Shown piece by piece: positions 58,427 through 64,000 of a stretch of 64,000 nt of DNA (position 1 is its first letter; every line of letters begins with the position of its first letter). The stretch lies in the NCBI GenBank assembly GCA_002104945.1, contig MCFH01000100.1, forward strand, positions 9,091-73,090, given 5' to 3'. The notes below the pieces were generated by a model. The model had not been told where the DNA came from. It searched no databases and was given only the letters and a program-made list of their open reading frames with translations. The position numbers and the translations under genes are program-made. This DNA is from Piromyces finnis finn. Its lineage: Eukaryota > Fungi > Neocallimastigomycota.

Positions 58427-61400
58427 TATGTATAAGAATATGAAACTATTTTTTTTATTATTAATATTTTTTTATTGGAAATTCTAAATGATTTATTAAA
58501 AAGTTACATACTCTTTAAATATACAATAAATAATTTAAAATTAAACTATATTAAATTTAGAAAAAATAAAAAATAAAAAGTATACTACTTAAAAATAAAA
58601 GTAATCTATATTTAATTTTATTAAATATTCCGTTAAGAACTAAGAAATTTTAATTATTCTAAATAATATTTGGTAATTCAAACGATTAAACGATTAGTAA
58701 ATATATTAATTTTTTTTTCGTTATTATGGTTTTAAACATATATATCCATTGTAATTTTGCCTGTTTTATTTTGAAACTTTTGGAATTATGAAAACAAAAT
58801 AGAAAATAAAACTATATTATTTAAATATCAATGAGAATATGTAAAAAATGATAAAGTATTTATTAATCCCTAAATTTAATATTAATAATTATTCAGAATA
58901 TACTACTAAGAACTATTGAATCAGGCATAGAGCAAAAAATAGAAGAATTCAATATCAAATATAAGATGATATAATTGTTACATATTAATGAGTATTGTTA
59001 TTTTTATATTTATTATTATGGAATACAATTATTATAATTTTTATTCATATGTTAAATAAATACCTACTAATTAATCTAAATATTTTTTTATACTTTTTAT
59101 ATAAAAAAATAAAAAACTACTTTAAAATAAAAGTTTAGTATATTTTTTTATTTTTTGATATATTTTTCATTTAATTATATAAAATAAATTAGTTAAAAAT
59201 ATATTGATATTAAAATAAAAAAAAATATACTAAATTTTATTTTTAAAGTAGTTTTTTTTTTATTTTTTTTTATTATAAAAAGTATTGAAAAAAAAATTAT
59301 TTAGATTTAATTAGTAGGTATTTATTTAACATTATGAATAAAAATTATAATAATTGTATTCCATAATAATAAATATAAAAATAACAATTACTCATTAATA
59401 TGTAACAATTATATCATCTTATATTTGATATTGAATTCTTCTATTTTTTGCTCTATGCCTGATTCAATAGTTCTTAGTAGTATATCTGAATAATTATTAA
59501 TATTAAATTTAGGGATTAATAAATACTTTATCATTTTTTACATATTCTCATTGATATTTAAATATATAGTTTTATTTTCTATTTTGTTTTCATAATTCCA
59601 AAAGTTTCAAAATAAAACAGGCAAAATTACAATGGATATATATGTTTAAAACCATAATAACGAAAAAAAAATTAATATATTTACTAATCGTTTAATCGTT
59701 TGAATTACCAAATATTATTTAGAATAATTAAAATTTCTTAGTTCTTAACGGAATATTTAATAAAATTAAATATAGATTACTTTTATTTTTAAGTAGTATA
59801 CTTTTTATTTTTTATTTTTTCTAAATTTAATATAGTTTAATTTTAAATTATTTATTGTATATTTAAAGAGTATGTAACTTTTTAATAAATCATTTAGAAT
59901 TTCCAATAAAAAAATATTAATAATAAAAAAATAGTTTCATATTCTTATACATAATGAATAAAAATATAAAAAGAAAATTATTGGGTTTACAAGATTTATG
60001 CTATAAAATAGTAGAAAATAAATATTTTTCTATTTTTTCAATTACATTAATTTTTCTGAATTTATTAATTGTAGTATACAGTTCAAATGATAGTGTAGTA
60101 GAGAAAAAAGGTTTCTATGAATACTTGATTTCTTTTGATAAAATATTTTGTGTCTATTTCATATTTGAAGCGATAGTATCAATTATTTCACGAATACGAA
60201 TATCTCAAATATTTAGTAAATTTGAAACTTATTATGATTTACTAGTAATAACAGTAAGTATTTTGTACTTATCAGGATTTCCAAATTTTTCATCAATTCG
60301 ATTACTTTCCATATTAAAGTATCTACCAAAAATAACATGTAATTATAATATCTATAAATAAAGAAATAAAAAAAAAGATATATGTAATATTAAAATTAAA
60401 AAGTATATATAATCTAAATTAACATTTTTATTATTTAATAAAGGGCTACGAGGAATTAATAGTATTTTTAGGGCTTTTAAAAAGTCCTTACCAGTTATTC
60501 GAGATATTACAATTTTTACATTGTTTTTTTTGTAAGTTTTGGAGTTTTTGGAGTATTTGTTTTTGGTGGGAAATTAAGATATAAATGTATTAATGAAAAT
60601 GGATTAGTATATGATGAAAATCAAATTTGTTCAACATCAAATTCAAGAGGATACCAATGCCCTTCAGGCTTTACATGTACTAAAACAGATTATAATCCAT
60701 ATTATAATACCGTTGGATTTGATAACATTTTTTATGCCTTTTTATCTATTTTTCAAGTAAGTTTATAAATAAATAATAAAAAATATATATCTTATTCATC
60801 GTAGTATTTTATATTAAAATTATTGTATATAAATTTTCAATGATTTATAAAAGATAATAACAAAGGTTGGATGGGGTGAAATGTTATACATGACTTCGGA
60901 TGGAACTAATTATTTTGGCTCATTCTATTATATATTGGTTATTACATTGGAAATTGGTTTATATTACAACTCATTATTGGTGTTTTTTTCGAACAACTTA
61001 GTTGATGAAATTGAAGAAGAATATAGAGTTAGTTCACAACAGTTAATAAAAAAATCAATTGAAAACTTTAAAATAATAATAACGAAATTTCCATTATAGT
61101 TAAATCTAATAAAAGTATTAAAAAAAATAAAAACAATTCAATATTTTCTAAAATTAATAAAATAATCAATAAATTTGTAAATTGTAAATTTATGATAAGA
61201 TTAAGAAAATCAAAATTTATTACTTCTTGTCAAAAAATATTTAATCGTATTATGAATAATAATAAATGGGATACATTTATGATGATAGTTATTATGGTTG
61301 ATACTATTAGTGCCTGTTGTATTAACAAAGATAGTACAGAAAAGGGTAAAAAAATTATTGACAATATATCAAAAGTATGCGTTATAAATTTATAGTGGAA

Positions 61401-64000
61401 ATGATATGTAAATTAATTATGCTAAATCCTATTGGTTATGTAAAACAATCTGGATACAACATTATTGATTGTATATTTACCATTCTATCAGTAATTGATC
61501 AATTTATCATAGCATCTAATAATGGTTTATTTGTTTTTAGAATTTTAAGATCTTTGAGAGTTTTACGAATTAGTAAATTCTCTAAACAATTGCAATTTTA
61601 TTTGTTGTTGTTAAGGATTCTTTTCTTAAACAATTATGTTTTTTATTTGGATTATTTTTGTTATAATATTTGCCACATTTGGATTTCAATTATTTTCTGG
61701 TAAAATGAATTTTGAAGATGGAATTCCTGACGAAAATTTCGACAATATATTTAATTCTATATTATCAATTGTTCAGTTATTTACAACGGTAAGTTGGAAA
61801 AATATTGAAAATGCTTGTGTTAGAGCAAGGGGAATAGCTTTTGTTATTATTCCAATAATTATCAGTAAATATTAATATAAATTAATTATATTATAATATT
61901 TAGATAATATTTATAAATATTTTTTTTAAAATAAAGTAATAAAAATTAAAATAATTGTTTATATATTAATTAATCTATTTATTTTGTTATTATTAATAAA
62001 ATAACAAAAATAGTAATTATAGGTTCATTCTTTCTTTCAAATATTTTAGTTTCAATTATCATTAGTTCTTTCCAGAATAAAATCATGGCTGAAAATGAAA
62101 ATACACCAAATGAATTTAAGATTCAAGTTCAAACATTAAAATTTCTTAAAAATACTCTTGGAGGCTTTATTGATATAGCAAGGGATACAAGTTTTAGTTT
62201 CTCTTTTAATAATAAAAACAGATTAGAACGTAGAATGTCTCAACAAAGCAATAACAAAACTAATGTAAAAGAAATTAATTATGGTGACGAATTAGCTGAA
62301 CAAATAAGAAGAAATGAAAAAGAAAGAAAACTCCAGACAATTAATGAAAATCTTAAAATTGTTGAAGAAGAATATATAAAGGTTCCATGGAATTACTTAA
62401 TGAAATGAATGAAAAGAAAAAAATGAATGATAAGAGTAAAGTTGAGAAAATGGAAGAATTAAGTCATCAAAATGGATTAAAAGGATTATATTATAAATAT
62501 CGTTTATCCGAATTTGTTGCTTTTTTTAAAAAATTGACTGAAAGTACATCTTATATTGTAATTATTAATATACTTATTATGTTAAGTTGTGTTATTCTCT
62601 ACTTCGATATCCCAAAACGTGAAATGACAAATGAAGGAATAATTACTGTACCTTATGATAATAAAACTAATACCATTGTTTATATACTAAATGTTCTCTT
62701 TAGTATAATCTTTGTATTGGAATTTGCTTTTGAGGCAATTGCTCAAGGATTAATTATTGATTCCAAAGCTTATTTAAGAAATCCTCTAAATTGGATTGAT
62801 TTATCTATCATCATTATTTCAGTTATTGGTTTGTATGATTTTGCAAATCATATTTTGGTATTTAGAGTTTTCAGGCTTTTAAGAATTGTAAGATTAATCA
62901 AATTGAGTGAAGATCTAAGAATCATTTCTTTAGCTATTTGGAAAACTATTCCTTCTATAGTAATGGTTATGGTTCCATTTATTTTCTATATGATTATTGT
63001 TTCGATTATCGGACTTTCATTATTTTCAGGTGATGGCTATACTTGCAATGATCCAGATCCAGATATTAAAACAATTAGTAATTGTACTGGTACTTTTTAT
63101 AATTCCGATTGGGATAGAGAAATGAATAGAGAATTATGGGGATTTTTTGCAGGATTTGATAATATTTTTGATAGTTTACAAACCGCATTCATTATAGCTA
63201 ATCAAGAAGGATGGCCAGAATTAATGTACTATTACATGGGATTTTCAAGTAAAAATGAATTAAGAGTTCCAAGGTCAAATAAATGGGCTTCTATTTATTA
63301 TATAGGAAGTATGATTGTTGGAGGATGGATCTTTTTATCCGTTATTACGGGTGTAGTTTATGATAGTATCAAAAGAAATTCCAATATATTAAAAGGAATT
63401 AATGTAAATTTTAATTTACATATTTATATATATTTACATAAATATTAAAAAATATTTATTTAATTAATTTCTAATTTTATTTACTGTCTAATCTAATACT
63501 TTTTGATATAATTTATTATTTTATTTAATTTTTCATTTTTAGGATTTAAATAGTAATCAAAAGAAAATTCATGAATATGTTAAATTATTAATCACTAAAA
63601 AACCATATAAAAACATTCCACATTCTAAAAACAAATGGTGTATCAAAATTAGAAATTTTTTTGAATCATCCAAATATGATACCATTATATTTTTCGTATT
63701 ATTAATAAATGTAATCATTCATTCATTAGGTCATTTTGATCAAAGTCAATTAGAAAATGATATTCAAAATATATCTGAATATATATTTCTTGTAATTTAT
63801 ACTATTGAAGTTTTATTATCTTTTATATCTTATGGATTCAAGAATTTCTTCCATGATCGTTGGAGAAATCTTTGTTTAATAATTGTTGTTCTTTCTTACC
63901 TAAGCTTAATTTTTTCATTGGACATTCAAAAATCAAATATCTTTTTAACTATTAGATTACTTAGAATAGGACGTTTTTTGAAATTTGCCCATGGAATAAG
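54371..64000. repeat. Giant palindrome centred at about 59181 (arms at least 4.8 kb, no spacer)
   Basis: 63961-64000 is the exact reverse complement of 54371-54410. The arms match throughout, with indels densest near the axis. Confidence 0.9.
59954..64000 (+). pseudogene. Mirror copy of the channel gene (incomplete at window end, several single-base frameshifts)
   Basis: Reverse complement of 54371-58426. Homopolymer/indel slips (T8 vs T9 near 60530, near 60944, near 61388, A-run near 62372) break the frame. Confidence 0.75.

Overview
Extremely AT-rich, intron-containing eukaryotic DNA, most likely from an anaerobic gut fungus (Neocallimastigomycota). That assignment is inferred from the composition, the long (TAT)n tracts and decayed fungal-scaffoldin-type repeats. 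The main result is a cluster spanning about 0.9-43.3 kb that looks like a mating-type (MAT)-like locus and is mostly invisible in the ORF track. It holds three 49-50 aa ORFs ending in an invariant KSNINPYVTCS-CVVQ CaaX tail (lipopeptide-pheromone-precursor-like), three 4-exon TALE-like homeodomain genes (each with a 6-nt microexon and a loop one residue shorter than canonical TALE), and two 2-exon MATA/SOX-type HMG-box genes, all built by nested segmental duplications. Interspersed are an intronless Agd3-like (CE18-type) polysaccharide deacetylase, a LINE-interrupted four-domain cation-channel pseudogene, a scrambled CE4-deacetylase/scaffoldin remnant, and a long inverted-repeat pair around a LINE remnant. 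Downstream lie a truncated TFIIS, a fungal-TF/LRR/transmembrane chimera, an ankyrin-repeat gene, and a 7-exon ~1510 aa voltage-gated Ca/Na-type channel with an unusual V/V/E/E pore signature. The channel is mirrored in a spacer-less palindrome that may be an assembly artefact. No rRNA, tRNA, CRISPR or pheromone-receptor gene was recognised. All exon calls and alignments were made by eye.
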